DNA from: Perna viridis
Taxonomy: Eukaryota
DNA length: 64,000 nucleotides
Direction: 5' to 3'
Assembly (NCBI GenBank): GCA_037379345.1
Contig: CM074516.1
Location: 19,282,001 to 19,346,000 of the forward strand
Shown: piece after piece, positions 12,449 through 28,298 of the stretch
Numbering within the stretch: the stretch's first letter is position 1
Layout: every line of letters starts with the position of its first letter
Program-made: the position numbers and the translations under genes
Notes under the pieces: generated by a model
What the model was told of the DNA's origin: nothing
Databases searched by the model: none
What the model saw: only the letters and a program-made list of their open reading frames with translations

Positions 12449-12968
12449 AATAATACATGTAAGGAAAAACATGAAACTTAAAAAGCTGTTTAACCCGAAC
12501 CGAACCGCCGTAACTCTACAACATCCTTTAAACCAAAAGCAATCTGATTTAAGAAGATTTCATCGTACTATCATTCTGACTTTGCTAGTTGCCTTGATTT
12601 GGGAGCTTCTTATAAATAGTGATTTGTAGTAAGTATAATTGAACCAGTACAACTTTAATTTCAACATTTCTCATTTACGAATTTTAGTTGGCAATTATAA
12701 TTTTACGGCTGAAATAGATCTTTTAGTTTATTGAAGCATGCACTTTGATAGCTCCATTAAATGCAATCTGTAGACGCGGACGTCATTTCTGTGTTATGGT
12801 TGAATGAGCACTGCATCTTCCTATGCACATGTACCATGTATGATTAAAGAGTTTTTGTGTTACCAACCTCATTTAGTGTTCAAAATTACTTGTGAAAATC
12901 ACAGTTATTTTCACTGCTGACGTGTACAATTTTTGATAGTACTTAAGAAAAAAATCCAGATCAAATTA

Positions 12969-13046
12969 CTATCGCAAGAGTATGTTTTAAACTTTCATAT
13001 ATTACGCTATCGCAAGGGTATATGTTTTAAACTTTCATACATTACG
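12969..13046. repeat. ~39-bp tandem duplication
   Basis: CTATCGCAAGRGTA(TA)TGTTTTAAACTTTCATAYATTACG twice (12969, 13007). Confidence 0.9.
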
Positions 13047-13445
13047 ATAGTGGTTTGATTCGAATTGCATTTTTCAAGATGATATAATGTAAGCTAAACA
13101 GACTGTGTCGTTTACTGCAAGATTCTATCGAACAGCTTGTAGCTTCTTTCTTGACTACTTTTTATGGACTTTTTTGTCACGAGATATATTACTTCAAGTG
13201 TTTGATTTGTCTGGTTGTGTCCTGGATTTTGGAATTCTTAAAGTTTGTTTTTATACAACTTAAAATGCAAGAAAATAATCATAAATCAAGTATGCCTAAA
13301 ATAGTGTCCTTCAATGCAATTAGCTCTTGGGAACTTACACCCTTATAAGGCATACAGAAAGATAACTATATCATTTATATAGATTTAATTATACGTGTTT
13401 GTATATGTATTATACCCAATTGTTTAAACTCTATATATTTTACCC

Positions 13446-13523
13446 AATATCGCATAGCCTATATCACACCTCTAGACCTATATCGCATACCCCATGTGAC
13501 ACCCATAGACGTATATCGCACCT
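13446..13523. repeat. Degenerate short tandem repeat (AGACCTATATCGCAC-like)
   Basis: Four imperfect TATCRCA-containing units. Confidence 0.6.
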
Positions 13524-16500
13524 TCCTCTGAACACACTTGAAGAATAGTTAAAATATATAATGTAGTGAATGTCTTGACATGTCAAAATATATATATATA
13601 TCAAATGTCGTATCTTTGTTTTATCTTACATGATTTCATATAATTCTGACCAAAATCTCAAACCGAAACTTTCATGCAGTTGCTTGAAATCAAGTTTATG
13701 CCGTAAAAGATTAATCTGGCGTTGAGATGATGTCAACTGTCAATTTCGAGTGATACAAATTTATCCCCATAACATTAACTCCATTTATTGCAAATTCGTT
13801 GGCTTCATGTCGTGCATGGAATTCTCATCCCCTTTTGATTCTTAATCCTTTCATAAAATGTCCCTGTTCGAGATAAGGAAGCATTAACCTTCAAATGGTT
13901 CATTTATAATCTTACTTTTGTAGTTCAGTGAAAATTATAGATAAAACAGTGTTCTTCCAATTCTGAGTATGTGTTTGCTGTAATTAAACGCTACTATCAG
14001 TTTAATGCGCTTCTTGATAATACGCGCCTCTATAATTAACAAAACGGTAGAATTATGTCCGACAAGCCCAGTAGTCAGACTTGTCGGACTGGAATTACGA
14101 TGTATAAGCATATTGCGCAGTGTCACAAAAAAAAAAAAAAAAAACACTGAGGCATATTTATTTATAGTATTACACATAGTAGAACTTGCCGGTGCTGGAT
14201 ATGACTTACTGTTCGTTTGGTTCTAATCCGTCTGGTGAGATGTAAACCGTTAAAACACGTGTAAAGTATACCAAAATTCAAAACATTTATACGTATTAGG
14301 TTGGTATTTTAGTGTTTTAGAACAGAGGCATAGGAAGGTTGTTGGCGAACCTTATCACTGCAAAAAAAAAAACAGCAACAACAAAAAAACAAATGATATC
14401 TAGCAGCTTCACTTATCACTCACAGAAGTCAATAGATATAGACCATTTCATTAATGGGTCTTTTTGTACAATCGGTTACACGTAATTTTCTAAAATTTGC
14501 AAAGGTCCATGACCTCGTACATTGCCAAATTCATCTTATAAGGTTCAGCACATCACTGGAGCATAATCCTTAGTTGGACCAGTACATATATCACACCATG
14601 GCCGTGTGCATAAAATTATATCGAGAAGACATCAAACACATTAAGCCGGGGTCTTTGGTGTTATAAAAACTTGACTAAGATTCCTTTTGTATATGTTTTT
14701 GGCAAGCTTTAGAAAAGGATGCCAAGTTCACGCTCAAAAGAACATACAGTATTGACAGTTAAAGTAATTTGCTTACAATACGAAGGAAACTCATTGTATG
14801 CACTCTGCAGGTGGGCATATGATTTGAAGAAATTCAAAATGTTTGTATTGATCTAAGTAATTACTAACTTCTAAACCAGTCAAAAGTTAGTCGAAACCAT
14901 CTTAAATTTCGTCTAGAAAAGGGTTTAGTTTGAATAAAAGATTTTTTTTTTATAATCGTATCTAGACTTGATCCCGGAGTTCTTATACTTCCGTAACTGA
15001 TTTAGTTGTTAAGGTCTACTCAAGAGTGCACGGGTATTCATATAATTTTTAGCCTTTTACATCCTCGCTTGGGCCAAAACATCCGTGACTTGATTCTGTA
15101 AACATAATATATATAAAGTAAATGAAGCCTTGTTAAACCGATACTCAACTGAAAAGCTCCTAAAATATGGTTAAGGTTTATGATTTATTAACTCAATCAA
15201 AAGTTTCATTTTCTGTTTTTTTTTCATGTCTTTATCACTTCACAGAATATACTAATAATTCTGTCCATCCAAAAGTAGGTGTGAACTACTGTATATGAAC
15301 TTTCCGTGTATATGTCCTTCATAATATTCATATTCTTTTAAAATCGCCAATGTATACTAATTCGTCAGTTTTACAACAACCTGTAAATGGACAAAATACA
15401 TTTAGATTTTGCAGAAAGTATTTAGGAGTTTCCGATTGTGCAAAAGAAACGAAAGCACATATTGGGACTGTAGTTTTTATTCGTACTGCATCAAACGTAA
15501 TCAACATTTTTATAATCCAAAAACAAGTATTTGTCCAATACGTTTTGTTTTCCTTTGAAGTAGTTTGGACTATTTTTAAAAGGACGCTTAGAGGTAGGGG
15601 GGAACCAGACTTCACTTCTAGCGCAAGACCTAGGGTTAGTCTTTCAAGTGTCGATTGAGGCTACAATACAGTAAAACCGTGGCAAGTATAGAATCAGCCT
15701 TCCCTAAACAAAATACCTCTTGTTTAAGAGGAAAGTTTTGTAACCTTACACTGCAGATACTACCCTTTGTGTCCCGAGAAAATGTTTAAGATTACAAATA
15801 CGTGTATCGTAATATACTCGTACTAAATTATAAATACTAAGTTGACATACTATACTTTAACATGATTAACTGGGGTTATGTATGTTTTTCCACACGTATA
15901 TAGTGTTTAAGGAGAACTTACACAATGTACGTGTATAACTGTCAATGGTAATGTGCAAAAAACGTGTTAGTAATTAGTCGTGTTTCTGGTTTGTGTTTGT
16001 GTATTTTATAAAATTGATAATATTGTATGAGGTGGTTGGATTCAAATACGTAGCTTCTTTTCATTACTATAAATTATTATTGAGGAATATATATGATTTT
16101 ACAGGGAGTTGTGAGATTATAAGCAAATATCTCTCCTTATCACTGATTTGTCGAATAAGCTGCAATCATGGCACTAGTGTAAGCCGTAACTTAGACATAA
16201 TTAATTTTAGGGTGTTTGAAAATATAAAATGCACATTTATACTTTCTGGGTTATTGCACCAACGGAAACATGTAAAACGTAACCGGGTCTACACAAAATA
16301 GGGAGTATGCATTCGCAAAATCTAGTCTTGAGTTATAATACCATGAAACAATCCCCGAATAATTGAAGTGTAAAATACGATATCATTTTCTGTGTTTGTG
16401 CAGATATTTACAGCTAGTTAACAGAGGTAAAAACCTTAAAAAGTGCTCGAAGGAGACATACAAGTTAGTAGTTCGTCAATGTAAACGGCTACCAGTTTTG

Positions 16501-18284
16501 TCGTGTCTATATACGCCACTGATTATTACGAAACCAACTGTGTTTTACAAAAAGATCTGCTCTTAAATAATCTCAGGGTTGATTATTTACGCAAGTTATA
16601 AATTATGTACGGTGCTATCGATTGAATTGGGTCGTCGGAGCATGCATTTAAATGTGTGTTAATGTGCATCGGAGGTAATGCGCCCCTGCAGAATTTGTAG
16701 ACATGAAGCGGGGAATATTTCTTATTTCTTTTAATTGCCACGGTTAGTTGACTTCGTCATTTGAAAAGATCTTGAATGAGCCATTATTCTCCACTTACTG
16801 CATATTATCCACACCAGCTTAAATCTAAATGTGGAAATAAGGAAAAAGTACGAGTTTAACTTTCCTTTTTTTGCCTCGTTGGATTATTAATTTGTCGTTA
16901 GAACGCGTATGCACTTTTATTTATAACGCTCAAATACCACAAACTCGAACCTATCACACTTGACATCCAAAGTTTTAAGTGGATGACTTTATATACGTCT
17001 GACAACGCTGTTCCGTCAACAGCATATGCCAAAATGTTAATTTCTAAAATATTTTGTAGCGCCAAATTTGCAATGCACTAAAATACTTTAAAATCATCCT
17101 TAAATATTATTTTTCAGTTTCTGTCATCATTCACAATTTCTTTTTGTTTATCATATGTTTATCTTTTTTCCCATTAACAAAACAGGAGTTATTTCCCTAA
17201 CATTCGGTGGGAACATTCTACATGTTACTCATACAAGCCAAAAGACTGCAAATGACTGATGACCAGTATTACATGTGCGTATGACCTATCAATAAAAATT
17301 AAATCTGAAAATGGTTGGGCAGTTTTTTTCCAATTTTGTTTTAAACAACCTTACAAAAATCTGCAATGCGACATAATAGCAAGTACTTTATGAAATGCAG
17401 TCAGTTGTATCATGTTAATACTACTGTTGCAGTCATCCTGGGACGCCCCAAGAATCCTCCATACATTCGGAAGCAATTATACTTTCTTTTAAAGGAGAGC
17501 ATATCGTTTAGAACTCAGTTTCGAGTCCATACCGCCGAAATCCAATTGTATTTAATGATAAAGAGGGTAAAAAGACTAAAAACACTATTAATGTGAATTG
17601 AATTTTTAAATGTTACTTCTACTGAGTTTTAAGTCACTGTAACAAAATTACAAAAGCATAGTAACATTTTCTCCTCGACTGAATTAAAAAGTTAAATACC
17701 CCTCAGATATGTATATGGGGTTTGCCTTATAAGTATACAAACACAAGTTTTGTTTTCTCCAGATTTTTTTTTCAAATTAAATGTCTATAAAACAGCAACA
17801 AAACCCAACCACTGTATCCGTAATTTCATGCTATCCCGTATATCAAAGTTTTAATGTCGTTTCAAGCACGTTATAAAATCACGCGGATTGCATCAACCAT
17901 AATAACGCGCTGAAGCATGAATTTTAATATTCCATAAAAATGAAATACAGTGAAGCCGTATGTAGAGCATATGACTCTTCTTATCTTATCCAATATATCA
18001 GTATAAGGTCTGTCACCCATACATGGAAATGTGTATAGTCATGCTTATAACTTCGTCATTGTCAAAAAACTAGGTTTTGGTGAAGAAAAATGCATATCAA
18101 GATCCTCTAAATGCAAAAATATGGCAACGTGAAACTTTCAATTTTTTGCATGGAGAATTGCTGCTAGCATGGAACGACAAACAAATATTTTACCACAGTC
18201 GTTTTGGTTTTTGAATGCAATTAAAGTACATCAGCTTCAATGAGGTGAAATGTAATCACAGAACTGATAGACTCTAGACATAAG

Positions 18285-18410
18285 TCATAGGGAATAGTCA
18301 AAATAGAAAGTCCATATAACAAATAACAATAACTGCAAAGAAACAACCGCAATGGTCCTAACTTGGTGCATGTATTTCCGATAGAAATGATAGGTTAATC
18401 CAGGTTTTAT
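18285..18410 (-). repeat. Degenerate interspersed-repeat fragment
   Basis: Minus strand AAAACCTGGATTAACCTATCATTTCTATC...ATGCACCAAGTTAGGACCATTGCGGTTGTT resembles a recalled abundant mussel repeat; not confirmed within the window. Confidence 0.3.
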
Positions 18411-21400
18411 AGGGCGGTTACTTGTTTTTAGATAGGAATCTTTATAACGTTGGTCATTTTTAACTCTAAAATAGTGGTTATATATATAAAGTCGAGTATA
18501 AGCTACATCAAGACAAGTCTTGGCATACATGCTTATCTCTTGTAAATTTGATTTTCAAAATGTTCTGGTTGATTTCATTTATGTCGCGTTTAAAATCTTT
18601 TGCAAAATTTTAAAACATAACCTCAATTAAGTGTTCAACCAAATTTCTTGCTTATTTTTTTTTTCTGACACATCGTGGTCCATATTTTACTTCCGCTGGT
18701 TTGTCCAAACTTTTACAGGAAGCTACTGCTATGGATTTTTTTAGAGTCTTGAATACCATTTCAGGCCTCTCACAACTGCCCTTACTGGGATTCTATCACT
18801 ATGACTACCTGTTAGTTAATACCCGACGGATGTCAGTGGCGGAGCCCAGCCTTCGGAATATCTAAATGAAAAGCCATGTCCAATTATCGACTGCATGGGT
18901 TGCTGTGTTGATACTCCCAGCCTACTCCAAGATCTCACGTGGGTCCGAGAACGTTTTTCTATTCTATTTATGAGTACGTCAGCTGTAGAGTGAAACGATC
19001 ACTGATCAGAACGTGACCTTAAATGGGGTTCAATCCTTTGCCCTTGGTCCTGTTTTATTGCTGAGTTTAACTTGTATATCAAACTTTACAATGTAGCTAA
19101 TTAATTTACCAGACACTAACAGCATGTGACTAATTTTACCCTGAATTTCCCTTCGTCGGTTTAACCTCGATTGTTTTGATAAAAAAAGACTCTATGAAAT
19201 ATATATGAAGGTTAACAATATACAGATTATATACATAAAGTGCTTCTGAAGCTCTCGTGTTGGCTAATTTTGAAAGAAAAAAATATATAATTAATTGTAT
19301 CGAAACTGTTTTAATATTGTCAACACAAAACTCTAGTCGCGTTTCAAATTGAATGTTTTAGAAACCATTAAACACATTACTGACAATAGTCCATCACCTT
19401 GAAAATGTCTTCTTGACGTGTTGTGCAGTGATCCGTTTCATATTTCGTTCCACTATTTCCTAATCTATATTTTCATCTCACACATTTAGCCTCCTAGGCT
19501 GACATATTTTGTTTCTGTTGTGTTTTAAACTCTCTCGAGAGACAAAAGTCAATTTCCACGAATTTAACGCATATATGGTCACACAAAAGTTATCATTTGC
19601 TGCTAATTAATTTAAGTGATTCACAGCTTTGGGCTTCTCTAATTATATCATTAAGTTCGTATTAATTTGTTTTTCCATAAAGCCAAATTAGACATAGCGA
19701 TACAGATATGCAATGAATAGATACGCTTTGGCGATTGGTCGATATGATTAGACGAAAAATAAATAAGCTTTCATGATTGGTGCTAATGATTGCGTATTTT
19801 TATTGAAGTGCGGCACTTGATCACGCAAAGTCTTGCTACCACAATGTGTTTTAATTTGATTTTAAAAGCGATATGGTTTAAAATGTGTTGACAAATTTTA
19901 AACATGGCCTCCAATAATTGTACCCATAAAATGTATCTAATTTAGGTAACAGTTATATCATATACCCGTATGTGAACTGAGAACAGATGATTGGATGGAA
20001 AATTTTAGAGCCAGAAAATAAGATTTCTATTTAATTAGTTAAATTGTTTGCACTTCAAATTAAAATCAGAAGCCGAGAAAACACGTAAAAGACACATTTA
20101 GACATCGGTCTTTAGAAGCGATTCAATCTTGGAAATGAAAATCTGATTAAACAAGATGTAGTAAAATTTGTTTAATTTGCAAAAAATTAATGATTAGTTT
20201 CAAACTGTTATTAATAGGGTGCCTTAATGTTTTAAAGTAATTGCCCCTAACAGATGCGGGTATGAGTATTGTCTCAAAGATTTTTTGCTAGTGATGTGAT
20301 AAAGTATTGGCTCGTTTACTCCTGCCCCACCCTTTCCCGCTTTCTCCCCTTCCCAAACAAAGAAAAAGTCCACACTTATTGGTTTGCACTGTAAACTATT
20401 TCTAAATTTCTGGGTTATTAAATGTACACACGTGAGTTAAGAATATTAATAGTAAGAATTTTGTTCAGTTATAAAGCATAACTGCTTATTCTTCAATGTA
20501 TCTTGTACTTGTGATTGACCTTCCTGATAAATTTGTCGTCATAGGGAAAAGCAAGTATTTCGGCGCTAAAAGAAAGACAACTCTTATTTTTCACAATGGA
20601 GAAAAAACAGAGAAAAGGGAATATTGGTAATGTAAGCTGAGAATACAACAGATTTCTAATAAGTTTAGTGAACACCAAAAATTAACTGGTCTTTTATACA
20701 TCTAGTCCTGTAAAATTTAGTCTAAAAGCGAATTGCAACTTGACTACCCATTACTTGATCAACAGAACCTGTTCACCTACTACTGGCATGTCTGAATAAT
20801 AATGTTAAAGTCTTTATACTGGGTGGTTTGTAATGTCGAAGAAAATTGCACGTGTTAGATTTCCGAACACACCCTTAGAAAAACTGATAAGAGCAACGGG
20901 TAATGAATCGCCTACATGTATCTGTGTCTTCTCATACATGTCTTATGACATGAAGTTTAATGTTTGTTAATTGCACTCTAAGTACGTTCAGAAACGATCC
21001 TAATATGATAAATACATATGAAACGAAATTAGTGGTAGTTCCATTATCAAACAGGGTGGCTTTCTCGTCAAATAAAAGTTTTATACATGTACAGGCATAT
21101 CTAAGTTTACGGTCTCGGTGAAAAAAATCAGTGTGCTTAGACATGTCATACAAAGGTAACTCACACATCAGGCAGAGGGGTTTGCTGCCTAATATGATAT
21201 AGGGAGACCAAATAATACATTTGGAAAATAAAACTAAATTTCTGGAAATACATGAATATTTTTTTAATAATACTTTACTGAAACCACCAACTGATTCACA
21301 AATTCATAAAATCGTTTTAGTTTTAAAGAAGCAAATGATGAATGTTTGGTCTCTCCTTTTGGAGGCTATGAACTAGCCTGGTCAGTGTGAGAGTTTACTT

Positions 21401-22392
21401 CCCCCTTTACATGAAGCATTTTAGAACCAGTAACTTGATAAAGGGTTGTTATCTCAAATGTTGCATACAAGAACAGAGAAAAACTTAAATCCACACAATA
21501 GAAGTGTTATGTTTGACCATGTAATTTAGTGGTTTATGTGAAACTGTATTAGTTTGCGATAGCCCCCCGTTTTTTTGTTTTTTTTTCGTTAAAACGCATA
21601 ATAACATTTCAGGCATTAGGAGTACGACGATAGACAATCGGGTCGACCTTCATCCTTTCCTTTGTCTCGTTCAAAAAGTTACATTATCTCCTTTTTTGTT
21701 TCTATCAGTTTGTTTCCTGTACCGCTACAGCATTGCTTTGCCTGCTAACGAGGCTAGCTTTAACACCTGGAAATTGAAACAATAAAATACAATGTAATTG
21801 AAAAACGCGATTGTAGCACCATTTTACACATTTACTTTTCACTGATTTGACGAATTACTGTCTCTTGATATTATTGTATGTTTACCCCCTCAGAGGTCAC
21901 TGGTCGCACATGGCGTTCATAATTTATCATTTTCCTCTCAACAGATATATCTACATTCGCAAAGATATTAATCACAATTCGACAGTCTTTTTATTTCATT
22001 TATGTGACAAACAAGAGCAGAACCACCCGAGGTCTTCGTGTTTGCTACATCTGTTGGCTAGAAGTGAATTCGCATATGCTACAGTCGCCCCGGGAATAGG
22101 ATAAAATGTGTCCGTAGGTTTCTGGAAGCGATGGAAATATGTTACCGGTGAACAAGTTCATATATGTAAAAACCAACAGAAAATTAATTGACTTTAGAAG
22201 GAAATGAGAATCCTTGAAATTTACATGTTAGTTTGTGTTAATTGATGGCGCTTTTTTTATTTTATATATAGCTCTTTGTATTTATAACTTAACTTTTCTT
22301 TTTAGAATGTGACAGTCAGTACGTAAGGGAGTACTCAGTTAAGTGCTGTATGTCATGCGAATGTGCATTCAAGACTATAGAGAAAAACGCTC

Positions 22393-22523
22393 TGGTGGCG
22401 GTTCCAGAAATTTCGGAAAAAGGGGCAGTAACTGGCCTAAGAGGACGCTCCAGTGATTTCCAATTGTTTCTATACAAGCAACCAATATTTTCGAGCAGAG
22501 GACCCCCTTTAGGTCCGCCTATG
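22393..22523. mobile_element. MITE with GGCGGATCC-type termini, family B
   Basis: TGGTGGCGGTTCCAGAAATTT ... GGTCCGCCTATG; interior AAAGGGGCAGTAACTGGCC..CTCCAGTGATTTCC shared with 53975-54089. Confidence 0.7.
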
Positions 22524-25500
22524 CAGTGCATCTGGGAAAAGTTTAAGCTAGAAACATGGTATCAAAAGTTTTACATTTTAAAACTCAGATAGTCAAAACA
22601 TGCAATAAAAAGGGGGAGAATAGGAGTGTATTAGATATGACGAATTTTCATTATAAAATTTATGAGTTGTTCGCTATGTTGTAAGTTTTTCTGATTATTT
22701 ATATCCATTCATGCAGAGAATATGATTAAATGCCTGTGGTGTTGGTTGCCAGTGAATGAAACACCTTTCCTTTCCTCTCATAACCTTAAAAAACTTTATT
22801 TCCATTTATGATGAATATGATCGCTCTCTAACGTAGATGAACAATAAACTATAAGCTCCATCGCTTGATATCAGTATTTATCCTTATTTATTATACTACA
22901 AAGACAAAACATGAATAATCTAACACAGATAATATAAAAATTTCATGTTGTTAACATGAAAATTGTGGGACAAAGGGAACAGGCAATTTCATGCATTTTT
23001 GCTGCATAAATAGTCCCCCAAAAACAAATAACAATTAAATATTCGTCGAATTAGCGCCTTGTTGTAAACCCGTGGATTACACATGTAGAATACGTTGTTT
23101 TTCGGTTTCAGTTTGATCAGTTTTTCTATTAAAATGCGATTACATCCGTACATGCTATAATTTTTCTCAGCAAATTAAAATTTCAGCTTTATTTTATTGT
23201 CTGTTTTCTGCTAATAATTTACACCACGACATGAAGTAATCATTCATGTCATGATCAGCATAAACACCTCCCTTTTATTGATTTTTCGCAAGTATAGATG
23301 ATCGAACCATGTCGTTAACTACTTGTCGGTTTCACGAAAGATACATCGCTTTTGTAATTGGAGTAAATTTCAGGCCATTTATGAATTTGATTGGTTTTGC
23401 CATTTTACAGTTGAATTTATCATTTTTTAGATAATGGTAATTTTACAGTGATGAAAATTAATATTTCACGACTGACTTACCGATCAATTTTCATACGTGA
23501 TAAAAAAGCGAATGAGCAATGCAGTTTGTTCTAATCATGTGGAAAATCACAGTGGCTAAAGACCCATAAATTACTGGCCTTTCATATGTTCGATTTCATA
23601 AAAATAATTAAGGTGAATTTAGGCCACATCAGCGAATTCTTAATGTGTGAGATATTTGTCACATTTTTTCTTCATTTTTTAATTATAAAAATGGGGAAAT
23701 ATTTTTGGTTCAAAATCATCAATCAAAATTTGTGCACCTACATGTATGTCAAATTAAAAATTTTACACCACAAAATATTGCGTAGGGATCCGTTTAAATT
23801 GGGGGTTTATTAGTTCTCCCGTATAAGAAAGGCAAATAAAACACTAAACAGTCTACAGAATGAGGCGATAAATCGCTTAAACTTTCTCCCAGTTTTTGAT
23901 CTTTCATTTTAATTGTTCTCCAAAACGGATATATAGCAAGTTAAGTACGGCACATCATAGTATTTTTATGTCACTCCTTGATAAAGGGAGTATGCTTACC
24001 TATGAAAAACTTGATACAACCTTTATTATCAAACGTTTTCCGTTTCATATTTGTAAACATCATAAAATTCGTCTTCAATTCGTTAAGTTAGCCTCCATAC
24101 AGGTGTATAATATACAATTTAGGTTGTGTGGTATAGAGATCACTCACCAACATGAAATTAGAAACCTCAAAATAAAAGGTACAAAAAATTGGAAAGCGAC
24201 AACCATTTATTATTACAGTTTGTAGTTTATTTCGTTGTATTTACGATCTCAGCCGGCATTCCTACACGTTTTGATTACATTTTGCAAACCTGTATTAAAA
24301 TTTATATAGAAAAGGAAGCTATACATCCCAAAATGCAAGAAATAAAATTACAGTTTTAATTACATCTTTAGTTGTATAAAGTTTCGAACAAAAAAAATAC
24401 GGAGAAAATATCAAATGACCGAAATTGGATTGGCATTTATGTGCACTCTGTGATGACATTTAGGATTACGCTTACGTCGCTCATGTATAACTGATAGTTT
24501 TTACAGTGAATACCATCCGAAGATAATTGTGTATTGGACAGAAGACCCAAGGCATGATCAATGACCTATATCTACAACTAATAAAAGCTCGGAATTGTCC
24601 CTAAATGGCTTTACGTTTGCCACTAGACGGTATTTTGATAGGAGAAATTGTCAAGACACATCAAATGACTTTCTATCCGTGTGACAAATATCCTTCATAA
24701 ATGTAAAGGTTTTTGTGGTATTAATAATAAAAATATCATCTTTTGTGTCCTAAGTCGGGACAACTTCGACAGGATAACATATTTTCACCCATTTCCTTCG
24801 CATTCAACACGTTTCCACGGTTTTCGTGCTAAACTTATGAAAGCATGAATGCGTATTATGTTGAGATTGAATAAAATATTGAATTTGCGTCTATCAAAGT
24901 CTGGCACGGTTGCGAGCTATGTGCATCAGTTGAAAGGAAATCTTTAAGGTGAATTCAAACCTTGAAATAGCTCAATTTTACACCGTCTGGAAAACAAGCC
25001 AGAATCCATAATAACAGTCAGTTTTTACGTTTCGAATTTAATCTTTGCTCTTGAAGATCTTTGCCCACACATTTGGAAGATTATTTGAATAAGATTAGAA
25101 ATCAACAAATAAAAAATCAAAGTGGTAAGTATAAATTAAAATGACTCCCATCACAAAATACACAATTTATTTCAAGATACAATTCTATTACATTTGCCCA
25201 ATAGGAAACTCTAAGCAAATTCAAACCAACACCAAACAATATTGTTACAAAGAAAACAGCTCGTTACCAGGGTCACAAATCGGATACTGAAATCAAATTC
25301 AAATTAAGCCAGCTTCACCCTAGATAACCTTAAAATGACCTTTAACTCCGACGACCATAGCTGTCCTCAATAACAAGAGAACAGTGGGGATGTCTCTTCC
25401 GGTTTTAATATTACTGATTGTGGCTTGTCCAACAGTGTCCGGACAATAGCAGTCCAAAGAGGCGTAAATTACTAAGTTACAATTTTATCAGTATAATCAC

Positions 25501-26136
25501 TGACCACGAGATGAATACCGATGTACCGTTATAACATACCCTAGAGTCGTTTTATGTTGATTTTTTATTCACACCAAAATCATTGGGACAGTTAAATTTA
25601 AGGATTTATACGATTGAAAGTCGTTTTGTGGATAATAACAGTTACGACGTTATTTGTTTTGAATACTGAGCGAAAAAATTCTTTACTGTATAGCATGACT
25701 GTACATTCACAAAACTAATGGGGTTTACATTAGAAGCAGGGTCTGGCGTTTAAGGCTGTCCTATTGCCCGTGACAAGTACAATTATCATGTGCACAAAAA
25801 GAAATTGAATTTCATTAGCAAGAAGAACAATGAAAAATATGAATACAATTTTGCAAGTATAATTTTCATCAAATTGTCCGATAGAACGAGGTTCACAAAA
25901 TGTTAACGCCAAACCCTGTTGTTATGAGCAAAGCAGTGTTAATACTCCTATGGCTAGTGACGTAAAGATCACACAAGGAAAAAAATAACTATTTGTATTT
26001 ATATTAATAAAAAAAGGATGAAGAAAAAAGCCAAAAATGCAGTTAATAGGCAACATTTAGGTACGAGACTAAAGACACCATGATTGAGATGACACACAGA
26101 TGTTTCAACAGCCAAATACAGCACAGCATGCATGAC

Positions 26137-26156
26137 CACACACACACACACACACA
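26137..26156. repeat. (CA)10 microsatellite
   Basis: Read directly from the sequence. Confidence 0.95.
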
Positions 26157-28024
26157 ATAACAGAAGTAAGGAAAAAACGGGATGTTTGCAAAAATAACTA
26201 TAGAAATCACCATCTGAGACCATCCCGCTTCCTTGTAACAAGTAACTAAATTTTTTTATCATATCGTGCCTATTTGCACTGACGATACAGCTGGTCAGAT
26301 TTAGGGATTTTTAGTCAATATTCATTGAGGATGATAATGCTTATCAATCTGTCATTTTAATGAATTTAAGATTGTGTTTCCGGTTTTGTTTCTCTTGGTG
26401 TTTTTCTTACTTGTTGTTTGTTGTTTTTGTTTGTTTGTTTTCCTTTTCCTTTTGTTTTGTCGTCTCTGTTAAAGATCTTTTATTTAGTCCGTTCAATCTA
26501 AAATATCAGTAGATGAGTATATTTCTTGGCTTAGAACAACCACGAAGTTTTTTGGTAATAGTAATAAGTGCACTGTTATAGATACACAGTGTTGGATATC
26601 CTCAAGTTCAAAGCAACCCTGCTTCAATGTGTGTGCCAAAAATATCAAAATACCCAGCCACAAAGGGTGGTGAAATTCAAAACATAGTCTGTATTGGTAC
26701 GCAAATATCTTTAACTTGGAATTTCGCCATAAAAGTGTATGCATGTTTTATTTAGAACGTTTTTAAAAAGCGATAATCCCAAAAGTCCATACTTCAAAAA
26801 CGAAAACTCAATTTAAGTTTTCCATCCCATACTTAAATTTAAAGACCTAATTTCATTATAAATAAATTTTCTGAATGATTCGAAAATCTTGTCTTAGCCA
26901 TATATCACTTTATGATGCGACATTTTACCCCATCCATGAAGTTTTGAAATTTCCTTCTCCATGCAAGTAATACACCCTGCCTGAATTATATACACGTATT
27001 ATGCAATCGACAATAAAAAGTATCCAAGTATTTTGTGACTGGTTTCGAATTTTAGCAGGTTTCCATTTTCAGGCATGTTTGAAAATACACATGTATACCG
27101 CTGTCTAGCCTTGTTTGTGCAAAAGCGATAAATTTAATCACTCCATTTAATTTTTAATTTGTATACGTATTTAGAATCAGATCTTAGGTACAAACGTTTA
27201 AGAGAGTTTCAAATTGCAAAGCTTATCACAACAGTAGTGAGTTAAGGGTGGGAACATATCTGAAATTTTTGAAATCTCAGTAAAACTTTATAAAAGTTTG
27301 TGGATTTTTTTTTATTTATGTATTATCTTTATTCTAGTTGACTACTTCTAGTTGAGATTTCTTTGTCCCATGGCATCAAAAACATGAAGAAAATGATACT
27401 GAATCTGAAAATAGTCCATTGTAACTCCAATTAATGTCTTAAGATTACATGACGTTGAAACAAACAAAAAAAAACATTCAAAGTATTCTCCAACTTTTTT
27501 CTAAGTTTTGTGGTATCGGAGACTGATTAATGCTGGAAACATTCCATTTTTCATTTTAGCATCCCGAAAGCAAATTCACTCTATAAGCTTCTTCGAGATT
27601 TAAGAAATTTCAAATGTATGCACGTTATTAACTCTATGTAGGTAACCAGAGTAGAAGACAAGATTTACCATATTTCCGTGTCACAAGTTAGAGGTATCCA
27701 AGATGTATTTGATTGCCTCCTATTATCAAATTCCAAAATATAACCGCACAAATTGAATTCAAGTTCGAATTTATCCTTGAACGGACCGAATAATAAAATG
27801 GATTGGGATATAGGATTTGGGTAAAATAAATAACCGAAAGGAAAGGTAATGTTTTATGGTACTCAACTACACGTAGAGTCAATTGTTACCACAGTTAGGT
27901 ATATAATTAGTGTCTTTGAAACGTTGAGTAAGCCTGAAATGGCAGAGATAATTAAAACTGTATTGGTCACGGGTTAAGAATGAGGCATAGGATAGATTAT
28001 TATGAAAACTATTTGTACACGGCG

Positions 28025-28298
28025 GTGGTCGGTCCAGGGGATACAGGGGATTGGAAACTGGGGGCTGTCGGGGTGGTTCGGAGCTAACTCAAAGGTGTAT
28101 TTGCTCCGTGAAGACCTTATGATGAACTCTGATATTGTTTTAGGTTATACACTGGTGTATTTGTTAGGTTTCATATCCGTTCCTATGTCTACTACTAGTA
28201 TTGTTAATTACGTGCAAAATTTTGGCAAAGTTTAGCAAATAAGAAGTCCGGACCCCATTTCATAAACCCAACCTTTCAGAATCTCTGTATCCGTACTT
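28025..28298. mobile_element. Degenerate GGCGGATCC-type MITE
   Basis: GGTGGTCGGTCCAGGGG at the left, G-rich then C-rich arms, and TTTCAGAATCTCTGTATCCG at the right. Confidence 0.35.
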
